Shown here one piece after another: positions 30,238 to 42,300 of a DNA stretch of 64,000 nt (position 1 is its first letter; each line of letters begins with the position of its first letter). This DNA comes from Actinomycetes bacterium. Its GTDB lineage: Bacteria; Actinomycetota; Actinomycetes; Nanopelagicales; Nanopelagicaceae. Under the pieces are notes generated by a model. The model made no database searches. It was not told where the DNA came from and worked only from the letters and a program-made list of their open reading frames with translations. The stretch lies in NCBI GenBank assembly GCA_014190015.1, contig BJFT01000002.1:4169-68168 (forward strand), in the 5' to 3' direction. The position numbers were made by a program, and so were the translations under genes.

Positions 30238-31436
30238 TACAGTGGAATTCCGAAATATTCTGCAGCAGTAACTACGTCCTTGTCTCCGCGGCCTGAAAGA
30301 TTAATCAAAAGCGTTGCATCTTTTCCGAGTTCGCGTCCCACTTGAAGAGCCCCTGCTAGAGCGTGCGCTGTTTCGATAGCTGGGATTATTCCTTCTGTTT
30401 TGCAGAGTAAGGAAAATGCATACATCGCTTCAGCATCTGTGATTGCGCGGTATTCAGCGCGTCCAATATCGCTTAAGTATGCGTGCTCTGGACCGACACC
30501 TGGATAATCTAATCCTGCAGAAATTGAATGTGACTCAACTGTTTGGCCATTTTCATCTTGTAATAAATATGAACGTGCACCGTGCAAAACTCCCGGAGTG
30601 CCACCGGTAATTGTTGCTGCATGGCGCCCAGTTTCAACTCCATCACCGCCAGCTTCTAAGCCGATAAGACGAACATCTTTGTCCTTTATGAAGTCATAGA
30701 AAATACCAATGGCATTTGATCCCCCACCAACGCATGCAAGGACTGCGTCCGGAAGTTTTCCTGTGAGTTCTAAAACTTGAGCGCGCGCTTCTTCGCCAAT
30801 AATTTTCTGGAAATCTCTGACCATAGTTGGAAAAGGATGTGGCCCAGCTACGGTGCCAAAGAGATAATTGGTTGTTTCAACATTAGTTACCCAGTCGCGC
30901 ATTGCTTCATTGATTGCATCTTTGAGAGTCTTTGAACCCGTAGTAACTGGGATTACTTCTGCGCCTAATAATTTCATTCGTGCGACATTGAGTGATTGGC
31001 GCTTTGTATCTTCTTCACCCATGTACACAACACATTGCAAGCCCATTAATGCAGCTGCCGTTGCAGATGCCACACCGTGTTGGCCAGCTCCAGTTTCGGC
31101 AATAACGCGCTTTTTTCCTGATCGCTTTGCAAGCAGCGCTTGACCCAAAACATTATTAATTTTATGGCTTCCGGTGTGGTTGAGGTCTTCTCGTTTAAGA
31201 ATTATTCGCGCACCACCTGCGTGTTCTGCAAATCTTTTCGCTTCCGTAATGATGCTCGGGCGACCTGAATAAGTCTTATGCAAATGAGCTAACTCAGCCA
31301 AAAATTCTGGATCTTTTTGCGCCGTATTGTGAGCAATTTCTAAATCATCAAGTGCGCCAATAAGTGCTTCCGGCACGTAACGACCACCGAACTGACCAAA
31401 ATGACCAGCGCGTTCATCGGTAGATGATGTACTCAT
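30237..31436 (-). CDS. trpB: Tryptophan synthase beta chain
   Basis: [14 protein letters not shown] (PLP Lys), [26 protein letters not shown]. Start moved to ATG 31436, which has a TAAGAT -10 box 6 nt upstream. Confidence 0.98.
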   Translation of the reverse strand: MSTSSTDERAGHFGQFGGRYVPEALIGALDDLEIAHNTAQKDPEFLAELAHLHKTYSGRPSIITEAKRFAEHAGGARIILKREDLNHTGSHKINNVLGQALLAKRSGKKRVIAETGAGQHGVASATAAALMGLQCVVYMGEEDTKRQSLNVARMKLLGAEVIPVTTGSKTLKDAINEAMRDWVTNVETTNYLFGTVAGPHPFPTMVRDFQKIIGEEARAQVLELTGKLPDAVLACVGGGSNAIGIFYDFIKDKDVRLIGLEAGGDGVETGRHAATITGGTPGVLHGARSYLLQDENGQTVESHSISAGLDYPGVGPEHAYLSDIGRAEYRAITDAEAMYAFSLLCKTEGIIPAIETAHALAGALQVGRELGKDATLLINLSGRGDKDVVTAAEYFGIPL

Positions 31437-31445
31437 ACCCAAATC

Positions 31446-32219
31446 TTACTGTCGTCCCAGTAAGTGCTGCACGGCGAATTCGGGATCTCCAGCACGAACC
31501 AAAGCTTCACCCACCAAAATAGCGTTAGCACCGCACTCAACAGCGAACTCGACATCTGCTCGAGTCGAAATCCCTGACTCTGCAATACGAATTACCTCAT
31601 GCGGAATCCGAGGCAATAACTCTTTGAATCCAACTGGATCTACTTCTAAGGTTTTTAAGTTGCGGGAGTTAACGCCTATAAATTCACATGGATTATCTAA
31701 AGCTATCTCGAGTTCTGCATTGGTATGGACTTCAACAATTGCGTGCATTCCAAGTTCTTGTGTCAGCGCTAAATAATCAGAGAGTTGATTCTTAGATAAG
31801 GCTGCAACAATAAGTAAGACTAAATCTGCGCCATGTGCACGCGCTTCTAAGAATTGATACTGATCAACCATGAAATCTTTTCTCAACACAGGCAGGTCAA
31901 CGGCTTTTCGTACTGCAACTAAATCCTCTAGTGAACCTCCGAAGCGACGACGTTCAGTTAAAACGCTAATCGCAGTTGCTCCACCTTTTTCATAACGTGA
32001 AGCCAAGAGTGCGGGATCAGTGATGGGGGCAAGAGATCCTTTGCTAGGAGATGATCTCTTTACTTCAGCAATTACGGAGAGTTCGGAAGTACGAAAAGCA
32101 GAAATGTCAGATCTAACAGCAGGAGCAACTTCAACTGCTTCTAATATCTGCGCCTTTGAAAGGCGTCGTGATTCAAGATCTTCCTTGACGCCCTCAATGA
32201 TTGAATCAAGAACACTCAT
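31446..32219 (-). CDS. trpC: Indole-3-glycerol-phosphate synthase
   Basis: IAEVKRSSPSKG, SVLTE, LRKDF, GVNSRNL, AESGI, LVGEAL. Confidence 0.98.
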   Translation of the reverse strand: MSVLDSIIEGVKEDLESRRLSKAQILEAVEVAPAVRSDISAFRTSELSVIAEVKRSSPSKGSLAPITDPALLASRYEKGGATAISVLTERRRFGGSLEDLVAVRKAVDLPVLRKDFMVDQYQFLEARAHGADLVLLIVAALSKNQLSDYLALTQELGMHAIVEVHTNAELEIALDNPCEFIGVNSRNLKTLEVDPVGFKELLPRIPHEVIRIAESGISTRADVEFAVECGANAILVGEALVRAGDPEFAVQHLLGRQ

Positions 32220-32389
32220 GATGAAGGTTTGTCCGTAGTTGGATCTTCGCCAATATCTTGACGGTTCCAGGAGTTGAGCTTTTCTGGTTTTCTTTCATAG
32301 CGATTTGATAATTTAAAGCGTGATGAAAGGAAGAAAGCTGCAAGCAGGACAACTGCAATGGAAAGAATCGAAATAATAAGATTTGTCAT
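32216..32389 (-). CDS. 57-aa single-TM protein resembling the C-terminus of the Trp-operon-associated membrane protein family
   Basis: Manual translation [61 protein letters not shown] overlaps with both the trpE stop and the trpC start. Below the length cutoff of the ORF track. Confidence 0.85.
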   Translation of the reverse strand: MTNLIISILSIAVVLLAAFFLSSRFKLSNRYERKPEKLNSWNRQDIGEDPTTDKPSS

Positions 32390-33873
32390 TTGTGGCTCGC
32401 CAATTGATTAGCAGCGTGCACCGCTCCGAGTACAGCGGCGGCTTTATTTCTACACTCTTGATTCTCTGATTCAGGATCTGAATCTGCAACGATTCCTGCT
32501 CCCGCTTGAACGTAAGCCTTACCTCCATGCAAAACTGCTGTACGAATTGCGATGCACGTATCAATGTTTCCGGTGAAATCTATATAGCCAATCGCTCCCC
32601 CGTAAATTCCACGGCGGGTGCTCTCATGTTCTTCAATGATCTGCATCGCTCGCGGCTTTGGTGCACCAGATAATGTTCCTGCTGGAAACACAGCAAAGAG
32701 TGCGTCTACACAATTTGATTTTTCAGATAGCGTGCCAGTGACGGTTGAAACAATATGCATCACATGTGAATACCGTTCGATGTGCATGAAATCAATTACT
32801 TCAACACTTCCTGGTTCGCAGATTCGACCTAAATCATTGCGACCTAGATCTACGAGCATCAAGTGCTCTGCGCGTTCCTTTGGATCTGCCAATAACTCTT
32901 CAGCTAATTTCTTATCTATCTCTGGTGATGCCGATCGCTTTCTGGTACCTGCAATTGGATGAACCATTACCTCTTTTTGATTTACTTTAACGAGTGCTTC
33001 AGGGCTTGATCCAACGACACTTATGCCATCACTAAATTGAAAGAGGTACATATAAGGACTTGGATTGTGCAGGCGCAACATTCGATAGATATCAATAGGT
33101 TCGGCCTTAACGTCAACGCTAAATCTCTGGGAAAGAACAACTTGAAAAGCCTCTCCGGCTAAGATCTCTTCTTTAATCTCTTTAACAGATTGGCGATACT
33201 TTTCTTCAGTTGTATTTGAGTCAAAATCTGGAAGTGTGCGGACTTCAAGCGCGCTGACAAATCCTTCGAGTGGAGCATTTAATTCTTGCTGCATGCGGTC
33301 TAGTCGTGCGACACATTCTGCGTACGCTTCATCAATTCGATTATCACTAGCATCCCAGTTAATTGCATTAGCGATTAACGTCACGGTGCCGTCACTGTGA
33401 TCCATAACTGCAAGATCGCTTGTGAGCATGAAGGCTAACTCCGGCAGTGGTAAGTCTTTAAAAGAAGAGTTGCCAATTTTTTCTAATCGGCGCACTGTGT
33501 CATATCCCATGTACCCAACTAATCCACCGGTCAGTGGTGGAAGACCATCAATAACTGGTGACTTTAAATGAGATGCACTGATACGAAGTGCCTGCAGTGG
33601 ATCTATCCCTTGGGGCGCACCGGCCGGATACGTTCCAAGCCATACTGCTGCTCCATCTTTTTCGCTCAATGTTGATTCTGTGCGAACACCTATAAATGAA
33701 TAGCGTGACCATGCGCCGCCATGTTCGGCGGATTCAAGCAAGAAAGTATTTGGGGCACTCTTTGCAAGTTTGCGATAAATACCGAGTGGAGTTTCGCCAT
33801 CAGCAAGAAGCTTGCGAGTTACAGGAATTACATTGTAGTTGCGTGCATATAAACGAAACTCTTCTAGATTCAT
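32386..33873 (-). CDS. trpE: Anthranilate synthase component I
   Basis: [41 protein letters not shown]. Start moved from 33969 to ATG 33873, an ATGA overlap with the hisI stop. Confidence 0.96.
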   Translation of the reverse strand: MNLEEFRLYARNYNVIPVTRKLLADGETPLGIYRKLAKSAPNTFLLESAEHGGAWSRYSFIGVRTESTLSEKDGAAVWLGTYPAGAPQGIDPLQALRISASHLKSPVIDGLPPLTGGLVGYMGYDTVRRLEKIGNSSFKDLPLPELAFMLTSDLAVMDHSDGTVTLIANAINWDASDNRIDEAYAECVARLDRMQQELNAPLEGFVSALEVRTLPDFDSNTTEEKYRQSVKEIKEEILAGEAFQVVLSQRFSVDVKAEPIDIYRMLRLHNPSPYMYLFQFSDGISVVGSSPEALVKVNQKEVMVHPIAGTRKRSASPEIDKKLAEELLADPKERAEHLMLVDLGRNDLGRICEPGSVEVIDFMHIERYSHVMHIVSTVTGTLSEKSNCVDALFAVFPAGTLSGAPKPRAMQIIEEHESTRRGIYGGAIGYIDFTGNIDTCIAIRTAVLHGGKAYVQAGAGIVADSDPESENQECRNKAAAVLGAVHAANQLASHK

Positions 33874-34214
33874 GCCAGTTGAATCGGCTGATGAAAACAA
33901 GTTTTTTCGCCCGTATGACAAGCCGCTCCAATCTGTTCTACAGAAATGAGCAGAGCATCGCCATCGCAATCAAGTGCGAGTGAAATAACTTTTTGCGTAT
34001 GTCCTGACGTCGCGCCTTTTACCCATAATTCGTTGCGAGAGCGAGACCAATATGTTCCGGTAGAAGTTGCAATCATGTGTGCCAAAGCTTGTTGATTAAC
34101 ATAGGCAAGCATTAAAACTTCTTTGGAGTGAACATCCTGGGCAATCGCAGGTATTAAAAGGTTGGGATCTTTGAGCAAAGCAATCACTTCTGCTGACAAT
34201 TCATTGCTGCTCAT
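33870..34214 (-). CDS. hisI: Phosphoribosyl-AMP cyclohydrolase
   Basis: [33 protein letters not shown]. Confidence 0.97.
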   Translation of the reverse strand: MSSNELSAEVIALLKDPNLLIPAIAQDVHSKEVLMLAYVNQQALAHMIATSTGTYWSRSRNELWVKGATSGHTQKVISLALDCDGDALLISVEQIGAACHTGEKTCFHQPIQLA

Positions 34215-34228
34215 AGCGCAATTCTGCC

Positions 34229-35002
34229 CTAAGAGTTATTGGGCGTGCGAATGCAATATCCCGCAGCGCTCAGATATGACTTCACATCACCAATTCGGTG
34301 AATCCCAAAGTGAAAAACACTCGCTGCGAGAAGAGCATCGGCGCCGGCATCAAGGGCCGCAGCAAAATCAGAGAGCGCACCTGCTCCCCCGCTTGCAATT
34401 AATGGGACTTTAGAAACTGATCTGACGGCAGAAATCATTCCTAGGTCATAGCCCGCACGAGTTCCATCAGCATCCATGGAGTTGAGCAAAATTTCTCCAA
34501 CTCCTAGTGCGCACGCTTTTTCAACCCATGCAATTGCATCGACTCCAGAGCTCTCACGCCCACCATGTGTGGTTACTTCAAATCCAGATTCGGTACGTGC
34601 TCGTCTTGCATCAACTGAGAGAACTAATACTTGTGAACCAAATCGATCAACAATTTCTGAGATAAGTTCTGGGCGCTTTAAAGCTGCTGTATTAATTGAA
34701 ACTTTATCCGCGCCGGCACGAAGTAATTGGTTTACATCTTCTGCGCTTCGGATTCCACCGCCCACTGTGAGAGGGATAAAAACCTGTTCTGCTGTTCGTC
34801 TAACAACATCGAGAGTAGTTTCGCGTCCTGCTGAACTCGCTGAAATATCTAGAAATGTTAACTCATCCACACCTTCGGAACCGTAGAGTGAAGCCATTTC
34901 CACTGGATCGCCGGCATCCACTAAATCTGTGAAGTTAACGCCTTTAACAACACGACCATCAGTTACGTCCAAGCAAGCAATTATTCGAACTGACAATGTC
35001 AT
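34229..35002 (-). CDS. hisF: Imidazole glycerol phosphate synthase cyclase subunit
   Basis: [36 protein letters not shown]. Confidence 0.98.
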   Translation of the reverse strand: MTLSVRIIACLDVTDGRVVKGVNFTDLVDAGDPVEMASLYGSEGVDELTFLDISASSAGRETTLDVVRRTAEQVFIPLTVGGGIRSAEDVNQLLRAGADKVSINTAALKRPELISEIVDRFGSQVLVLSVDARRARTESGFEVTTHGGRESSGVDAIAWVEKACALGVGEILLNSMDADGTRAGYDLGMISAVRSVSKVPLIASGGAGALSDFAAALDAGADALLAASVFHFGIHRIGDVKSYLSAAGYCIRTPNNS

Positions 35003-35724
35003 CGTCTGCTCACTTCTAGAGCTTGTTCTAAAGTAAATGCACCGGCGTAGAGTGCCTTGCCAACAATTGCGCCTTCAACTCCGATGCTTCTGAGGGCAGC
35101 CAAATTTTCAATATCAATCAAATTTGAAATCCCACCACTTGCAACAACTGGTGCTCTTGTAACTGCACACACACTTTTTAGTAATTCAAGGTTCGGTCCA
35201 GCCAATGTTCCATCTTTAGTGACATCGGTAACGACGTATCGCGCACAACCATCTTTATCGAGGCGTTCAATGGTTTCGAATAAATCACCACCGTCTCGAG
35301 TCCAACCACGCGCAGACAAAATCTGACCTCGTACATCTAGTCCAACTGCAATGCGATCGCCAAACTCTGCAATGACACGTGATGTCCACTCAGGATTTTC
35401 AAGGGCCGCGGTTCCTAAATTCACTCGAGTGCAACCAGTGGCAAGTGCTTTACGCAACGATTCGTCATCTCTAATTCCGCCAGATAATTCAACTTTAATA
35501 TCTAGCGCGCCAATAACATCTGCCAGTAAATCGGCATTGCTACCAATTCCAAATGCCGCATCGAGATCTACAAGGTGTATCCATTCGGCGCCTGATTTTT
35601 GGAAATCGAGAGCCGCATCAAGTGGCAAGCCATACGTTGTTTCTTTGCTTAATTCGCCTTGTACCAAACGAACGGCTTTACCATCTTTAACATCAACGGC
35701 TGGCAATAGTTCGAGATAGCTCAT
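34999..35724 (-). CDS. priA: Phosphoribosyl isomerase A (actinobacterial HisA/TrpF bifunctional type)
   Basis: [45 protein letters not shown]; no trpF in the cluster. Confidence 0.9.
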   Translation of the reverse strand: MSYLELLPAVDVKDGKAVRLVQGELSKETTYGLPLDAALDFQKSGAEWIHLVDLDAAFGIGSNADLLADVIGALDIKVELSGGIRDDESLRKALATGCTRVNLGTAALENPEWTSRVIAEFGDRIAVGLDVRGQILSARGWTRDGGDLFETIERLDKDGCARYVVTDVTKDGTLAGPNLELLKSVCAVTRAPVVASGGISNLIDIENLAALRSIGVEGAIVGKALYAGAFTLEQALEVSRR

Positions 35725-36314
35725 AAGCCTGCACTCCAGTTAGCAATTAATGTAAGACCAGCTTTTCCAGATTTCTCTGGATGAAATTGTGTTGCGCAAA
35801 GTGCGCCATCTTCTACGGCAGATAAAAACTTTTCACCATGCGTGGTCCATGCTTGCGATTGACCGACAGATTTCTTTGCAGCATATGAGTGTACGAAGTA
35901 AAAAGACTCTTTTTCTACGCCTTTAAATAATTTCGATGAGCCTGTAACTTCGACTGTATTCCAACCCATGTGAGGAAGAATTGGAGCATCTAATTGGCTC
36001 ACTTTTCCGTTCCACATTCCAATTCCTTTGTGGTTGCCATGTTCTAGTCCGTCACTAAAAAGTATTTGCATTCCGATGCAGATTCCTAAAGTTGGCTTTC
36101 CTGCGTCTTTTCTTGCACGAATAACTTCTGCCGCGCTGATTTCATTAATGCCGTTCATGCATGCAGCGAATGCACCTACTCCGGGCACAACTAATCCATC
36201 AGCTTTCAAAGCAACATCTAAATCAGATGTGATTTCTACATCGTGACCTGTTGTAGCAAATGCACGTTGGGCAGATCGTAGATTCCCCGATCCGTAATCC
36301 AAGATTGCTATCAA
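35721..36314 (-). CDS. hisH: Imidazole glycerol phosphate synthase glutaminase subunit
   Basis: DYGSGNL, PGVGAF, GICIGMQ, PHMGWN, QFHPEKS. Confidence 0.98.
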   Translation of the reverse strand: MIAILDYGSGNLRSAQRAFATTGHDVEITSDLDVALKADGLVVPGVGAFAACMNGINEISAAEVIRARKDAGKPTLGICIGMQILFSDGLEHGNHKGIGMWNGKVSQLDAPILPHMGWNTVEVTGSSKLFKGVEKESFYFVHSYAAKKSVGQSQAWTTHGEKFLSAVEDGALCATQFHPEKSGKAGLTLIANWSAGL

Positions 36315-36895
36315 AGAACGCCCTTAGTAGATGGAACTCCTGTGACACGTGCGTCTAATGAAACCGCATCACGTAGCGCACGAGCGACCGCTTTGAATTG
36401 TGCTTCAAAGACGTGGTGAGCGTTGCGACCTTCAAGAACTCTGATGTGAAGTGCGATGCGCGCTTCGGCAACTATTGATTCCCAAATGTGCTTTCCAAGT
36501 GTTGTGTCAAAGGTTCCGATTAATTCAACGATTTCTGGTTGACGGTGTACCAAATATGGACGACCCGAAAGATCAACAGCTGCTTGGACCAGAACTTCGT
36601 CGAGTGGAACCATGGCATCACCGAAACGACGGATACCTGTTTTATCGCCGAGTGCTTCGCGAAGTGCTTGTCCAAATGCGAGGGATGTATCTTCAACGGT
36701 GTGGTGAGAGTCAACGTCAATGTCACCAGTTGTTTTAACTGTGAGATCGAAACCTGAGTGCTTACCTAATTGCGAAAGCATGTGGTCAAAGAATGCAACG
36801 CCTGTGTCAACGGAAATATTGCCCTGTCCGTCAAGATTTAGTTCTACAAGAACGCTTGACTCTTTCGTTGTACGTTCGACGCGGGCACTTCTCAT
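36311..36895 (-). CDS. hisB: Imidazoleglycerol-phosphate dehydratase
   Basis: [32 protein letters not shown]. Confidence 0.98.
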   Translation of the reverse strand: MRSARVERTTKESSVLVELNLDGQGNISVDTGVAFFDHMLSQLGKHSGFDLTVKTTGDIDVDSHHTVEDTSLAFGQALREALGDKTGIRRFGDAMVPLDEVLVQAAVDLSGRPYLVHRQPEIVELIGTFDTTLGKHIWESIVAEARIALHIRVLEGRNAHHVFEAQFKAVARALRDAVSLDARVTGVPSTKGVL

Positions 36896-36918
36896 TTTTC
36901 AATCTCCTCGGCTTGTCT

Positions 36919-38013
36919 TTACTTGTTTAGAACATCTTTTAACGCTGATAAGAATTTATTGTTTTCGGCTTCGTTGCCGATGGTTACTCGCAAATAACCT
37001 TCAAGGCCCACATCGCGGATGAGAACCCCTTTATCTAGCAAATCTTTCCATACATCTGCACTCGCTCGCTTGAAACCCGAAAAGAGCAAGAAATTCGAGC
37101 AACTTGGAACGACTTCAAGGCCTAATTGCTCCATACGACTGGCAACATCTTCACGTGCAGCAATTAAACCCTGCACAGTTGCCAATAACTCATCGCTGAA
37201 CTCAAGTGCTGCACTGGCTGCAACTTGGGTCAAAGCACTGAGGTGATACGGAAGACGGACAAGTCTCATTGCATCGATGACAGAAGGGTGTGCAACTAAA
37301 TATCCGACGCGTGCGCCAGCGAATGCAAAAGCCTTGCTCATAGTTCTGATGACAACAACATTTGGATACTTTTCAATCAAAGTCACTGCAGATTTTTCTG
37401 ATGAGAACTCTGCATACGCCTCATCTATTACGAGTAATCCTCCAACAGATTTAGTGCTGCGTGCGAGACTCTCAATTTCACTTATTAGTACAGCGCTTCC
37501 GGTTGGATTATTCGGTGTTGTAATAAAGGTTAGGGCTGGTCTGAGAGATTCGATCTGAGCAGAAGCCGCATCGCAATCCAATGTGAAATCTTTGCGACGT
37601 GTTCCATCAATCCATGGCGTAGCAGTTACTTTCGCGATGAGTGGATGCATCGAATAAGAAGGTGTGAAACCCAGGGCAGATTTGCGACCGAATGCTAGAA
37701 AAATAGATTGAATAATTTCATTGCTGCCATTGGCCGCCCATACATTTGAGATATCAATGGATGTGTCTGATTGAGAATTTACATATGAAGCAAGTGCTGT
37801 ACGAAGTGATGTTGCTTCACGATCAGGATAGCGATTGAGTTGTGCACCAATCGCACTGACTCGATCGGCTATTGCTTTAATCAAAGCAGGCGATGGAGAA
37901 AAAGGATTCTCATTTGTATTTAGTGATGCTTCCGCAGTGACTTGAGGAGCACCGTAAGGCGACATCGGAACTAGTTCTTCGCGTAGGGGCAACCATTGTG
38001 GCCACGTACTCAT
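36919..38013 (-). CDS. hisC: Histidinol-phosphate aminotransferase
   Basis: [41 protein letters not shown]. Confidence 0.97.
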   Translation of the reverse strand: MSTWPQWLPLREELVPMSPYGAPQVTAEASLNTNENPFSPSPALIKAIADRVSAIGAQLNRYPDREATSLRTALASYVNSQSDTSIDISNVWAANGSNEIIQSIFLAFGRKSALGFTPSYSMHPLIAKVTATPWIDGTRRKDFTLDCDAASAQIESLRPALTFITTPNNPTGSAVLISEIESLARSTKSVGGLLVIDEAYAEFSSEKSAVTLIEKYPNVVVIRTMSKAFAFAGARVGYLVAHPSVIDAMRLVRLPYHLSALTQVAASAALEFSDELLATVQGLIAAREDVASRMEQLGLEVVPSCSNFLLFSGFKRASADVWKDLLDKGVLIRDVGLEGYLRVTIGNEAENNKFLSALKDVLNK

Positions 38014-39326
38014 GATTTACCCTTCTTCTCTAAACGAACGCTCATAGCTTCACCGTGTGCAGGAAGATCTTCTGAGTTAGCAAGAGTGATAACCGTTGGT
38101 GCGATGTCAGTAAACGCACTCTCGCTATATTCGATGAAATGTAAACCGCGCAAGAAAGTTTGCACAGATAAACCACTTGAGTGACAAGCACACCCACCAG
38201 TAGGTAATACGTGATTAGAGCCTGCTGAATAATCACCGAGTGATACCGGAGAGAAGCGACCAATGAAAACTGCTCCAGCGTTGCGAATCTGCTCTGCATC
38301 TTTGGCACTATTTTTTGTTTGAATTTCAAGGTGCTCTGCAGCATAAGCATTTGCTACTTCAAGACCGTGTTCGGTTGAATCAACCAACACGCATGCTGAC
38401 TGAATTCCCGTGAGAGCTTCTTTAATTCTGGCAGAGTGCTTTGTGCGAGCTACGCGAATTGATAACTCTTTTTGAACATCATCAATGAGTTTCTCGCTAT
38501 TAGTTATAAGAACTGCAGCGGCGATGACATCGTGTTCTGCTTGGCTGATCAAATCAGCTGCAACATCGGCGGCTATGGCAGTTTCATCTGCAACGATAGC
38601 AATCTCAGTTGGACCAGCTTCTGAATCAATTCCGATAATTCCACGGAGTGCGCGTTTAGCGGCGGCAACATAAATATTTCCAGGACCAGTAACGAGATCA
38701 CACTTTTCACAGAGGTCTTCCATGCCGTATGCAAAGAGAGCAATTGCTTGTGCTCCCCCGACTGCATACACCTCGGTGACGCCAAGCAATTCGCACGTAG
38801 CAAGAATTGTTGGGTGCGGTAAACCGCCAAAATCACTTTGAGGTGGCGAAGCGATTGCGATGCTCTGCACCTGTGCAATTTGTGCTGGAATTACATTCAT
38901 CATCACGCTACTTGGATAAACGGCGCGACCTCCTGGCACATACAAACCAACGCGGTCTACGGGAATCCATTTCTCGGTGACGTTTCCACCATCGACTACT
39001 CGCGTTACGGTTTCACTGCGACGTTGATCGTTGTGAACTTTTCTAATGCGATCTGCTGAGAGTTCAAGTGCTGTACGGATCTCTGGGTCTAATTCTGCAA
39101 GTGCTCGAGTGAGTTCTGCGCGTGGCACCTTAATTGATTGTGGAGCGATGCCATCAAATTCTTTCGCGAGTGCGATTAAATCACTTTCAGTTCCATTTTT
39201 TACTCGAGCCAAAATTGGTTCAACTAATTTCATAGCTTCTGCAACATCGAGTGCTGCGCGCGGAATGATATTTGTATATCCAGCTTTAGATAGGCGTTGA
39301 CCGCGAAGGTCGACTAAACGCATCAT
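38010..39326 (-). CDS. hisD: Histidinol dehydrogenase
   Basis: [43 protein letters not shown]. Confidence 0.98.
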   Translation of the reverse strand: MMRLVDLRGQRLSKAGYTNIIPRAALDVAEAMKLVEPILARVKNGTESDLIALAKEFDGIAPQSIKVPRAELTRALAELDPEIRTALELSADRIRKVHNDQRRSETVTRVVDGGNVTEKWIPVDRVGLYVPGGRAVYPSSVMMNVIPAQIAQVQSIAIASPPQSDFGGLPHPTILATCELLGVTEVYAVGGAQAIALFAYGMEDLCEKCDLVTGPGNIYVAAAKRALRGIIGIDSEAGPTEIAIVADETAIAADVAADLISQAEHDVIAAAVLITNSEKLIDDVQKELSIRVARTKHSARIKEALTGIQSACVLVDSTEHGLEVANAYAAEHLEIQTKNSAKDAEQIRNAGAVFIGRFSPVSLGDYSAGSNHVLPTGGCACHSSGLSVQTFLRGLHFIEYSESAFTDIAPTVITLANSEDLPAHGEAMSVRLEKKGKS

Positions 39327-39379
39327 TGGCGTGCCTCACTATGTCTTAAAAAATCGGCTTGCTGGAATACCTAATTCTA

Positions 39380-42300
39380 CTAGCCCTGAAGGCAGTTAGG
39401 CCCGAGAATTGATTTCAGATCAGCGCTGAGAGATGGTGATGACGTAATCAAAGTCTCTAATTTCATGACTGTTCGCATTCCATTTTCATCAAGATGCAAA
39501 TGAACTTCGCGCTTTCCAGGGTGTGAACGAAGTATCTCTTTCATGCGATCAACCACAGGTGGTGTGCATTGATTAATAGGCAGGGTAATAACCAGAGGTC
39601 CAGTTGGCGCGGCACTGACATCAGCGCTCTTCATTTCAAGGGCAGTAAAACGCACTTGATCTTCGCGCTTATCAACTCGGCCACGAATTAAGACAATGCG
39701 ATCTTCAGTCAGGGTTAGCGCGTATTGATTGTAAGTATTTGAGAAGAACAGAGCTTCAAGTGAGCCTTCGAGATCTTCGATAGTGACAACGGCCCAAGAC
39801 GCACCTTGTCTAGTGACTTTTCGTGTTACTGAAGTAATTAATCCACCAATTGTGACTATCTGATCATGATGTCCACCATCATCTAGTAATTCGCTAATGG
39901 ACATATCAGTGCCAGCGCGCAAAACATGTTCAACGCCGAGCAGTGGATGATCTGAAACGTAGAGCCCAAGCATCTCTCGTTCATAAGACAGAAGCATCGC
40001 TTTTTCCCATTCGCCTTCAGGAATATCGAGTGCAACATTTGACACTGAAGTTGCTGACTCTCCCCCGAATAAATCAAATTGACCAATTGCTTCTGCGCGC
40101 TTGGTCTCGATTACCGAATCAATTGCTTCAAGATAAACAGCCATTAAACCTTTACGTGTGTGGCCCAAAGAATCAAAGGCACCAGATTTGATCAGAGATT
40201 CAATCGTCTTCTTATTGCAAACTTGTGCATCAACTTTTGCTAAGAAATCTCCAAATGATTGGTAGCGACCCTTTGCATCGCGACCACTCTTTATGGATGC
40301 AACAACGCCTTCGCCAACGTTTCTAATCGCAGCAAGTCCGAATCTAATGTCAGTCCCACGTGGTGTGTACTCGGCATCTGATTCATTAACATCTGGTGGC
40401 AGAACTTGAATTCCCATACGACGACACTCGCTCAAATAAAGCGCAGACTTATCTTTGTCATCTCGCACAGATGTAAGAAGGGCAGCCATGTATTCCGTTG
40501 GATAGTTCGCTTTTAGATAAGCGGTCCAATATGAAACTACGCCATATCCCGCACTATGTGCTCTGTTAAATGCGTAATCCGAGAACGGAATAAGAACATC
40601 CCATAGACGTTTAATTGCAGCATTTCCAAATCCATTTGCTTTCATGCCTGCTTCGAATGGAACATATTCTTTATCTAGAATTTCCTTATTCTTCTTGCCC
40701 ATTGCCTTACGCAATAAATCCGCACGGCCAAGTGAGAAACCAGCGACCTTTTGCGCAATTGCCATAACCTGCTCTTGGTAAACAATTAAGCCGTAGGTAT
40801 CGCCCAAAATTTCATTGAGGACTTCAGATAATTCAGCATGAATCGGCTCGACAGGTTTGCGCTTATTTTTTCTGTCTGCGTAGTTGTTATGAGCATTTTC
40901 ACCCATTGGGCCCGGACGATAAAGAGCAATTACCGCTGAAATATCTTGGAATGAATCCGGTGACATGCTGCGCAATAGTGCGCGCATTGGGCCACCATCT
41001 AATTGGAAGACACCCAATGTATCGCCACGAGAAAGAAGTTCAAATGTTTTCTTATCATCGAGTGTGAGATCTTCAAGTACAACATCTACGCCCTTATTTG
41101 CTTTGATATTTAGTAACGCATCATCGAGTACAGATAAGTTTCGAAGTCCCAAAAAATCCATCTTGAGCAAACCCGTTGCTTCACACGCACCCATATCGAA
41201 TTGAGTGATGATGGAACCGTCGGCTTCACGGCGATGAATAGGAATTACATCTAATAAAGGTTCGCGAGAAAGAATCACACCAGCTGCGTGCACTCCCCAT
41301 TGGCGTTTAAGTCCTTCAAGACCCATCGCAGTATCAACAACGGTTTTGGAATCTGGATCACTCTCATAGAGAGTTCTAAACTCTCCAGCTTCTGAATATC
41401 GATCATTACTAGGATCAAATACACCAGCAAGAGAAATATCTTTTCCCATAACAGATGGCGGCAATGCTTTCGTTAGCTTTTCACCAATTGCATATGGATA
41501 ACCAAGTACACGTGTGGAGTCTTTAATTGCTTGCTTAGATTTAATTGTGCCGTACGTAATAATCTGAGCAACGCGATCCTCGCCGTATTTTGTGGTTGCA
41601 TAGCGAATCATTTCGCTGCGGCGACGTTCATCGAAGTCAAGGTCAATATCTGGCATGGAAATACGTTCTGGGTTCAAGAAGCGCTCAAAGAGCAATCCAT
41701 GTTCGAGCGGATCTAAGCCCGTAATTCCAAGTGCGTATGCAACCAAAGAACCTGCAGCAGACCCACGACCAGGACCAACTCGGATACCAACTTTCTTTGC
41801 GTGAGTAACAAGGTCTGCAACAACCAGGAAGTATCCAGGAAAGCCCATCTTGATCATGACATCTAATTCGTATTTCAAACGCGCGCGATGTTCATCGGTA
41901 ACGCGTGCACCCATGCGCTCTATTAATCCGCGCTCTGACTCTTTAATCAGCCATGAATCTTCAGTTTCACCGGAAGGAACTTCAAAGCGTGGCAGCAAAT
42001 TCTCACCTTCACGCAAAGTGACATTGCAGCGTTCTGCAATCAGAAGTGTGTTATCGCAACTCTCTGGAATCTCCTTAAAGAGTTCTCGCATCTGCGCAGG
42101 GGTCTTGAGATAGAACTCGTCGTTATCGAATTTAAATCGCTTGGGATCTGCAAGGGTGGATCCTGATTGAACACACAAAAGCGCTTCATGAGAACGTGCA
42201 TCCTCGTTAAATGTGTAGTGAAGGTCATTGGTTGCAAGCAGAGGTAATCCGAGTTCTTTACCGAGTTTTAGCAGATCAGCCTTCACGCGAGATTCGATAT

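Noticed and set aside
33874-33969. ORF-track N-terminal extensions of trpE (also sepF 49023-49118 and thioesterase 13160-13246)
   Set aside because: They overlap neighbouring genes or promoters and have no family similarity; downstream ATGs fit coupling or -10 spacing.
7292-39337. Recurring TGCCTC/GAGGCA hexamer near the uvrB, polA, gltB and hisD upstream regions
   Set aside because: Orientation and distance to the -10 are inconsistent, and a 6-mer recurs readily by chance.
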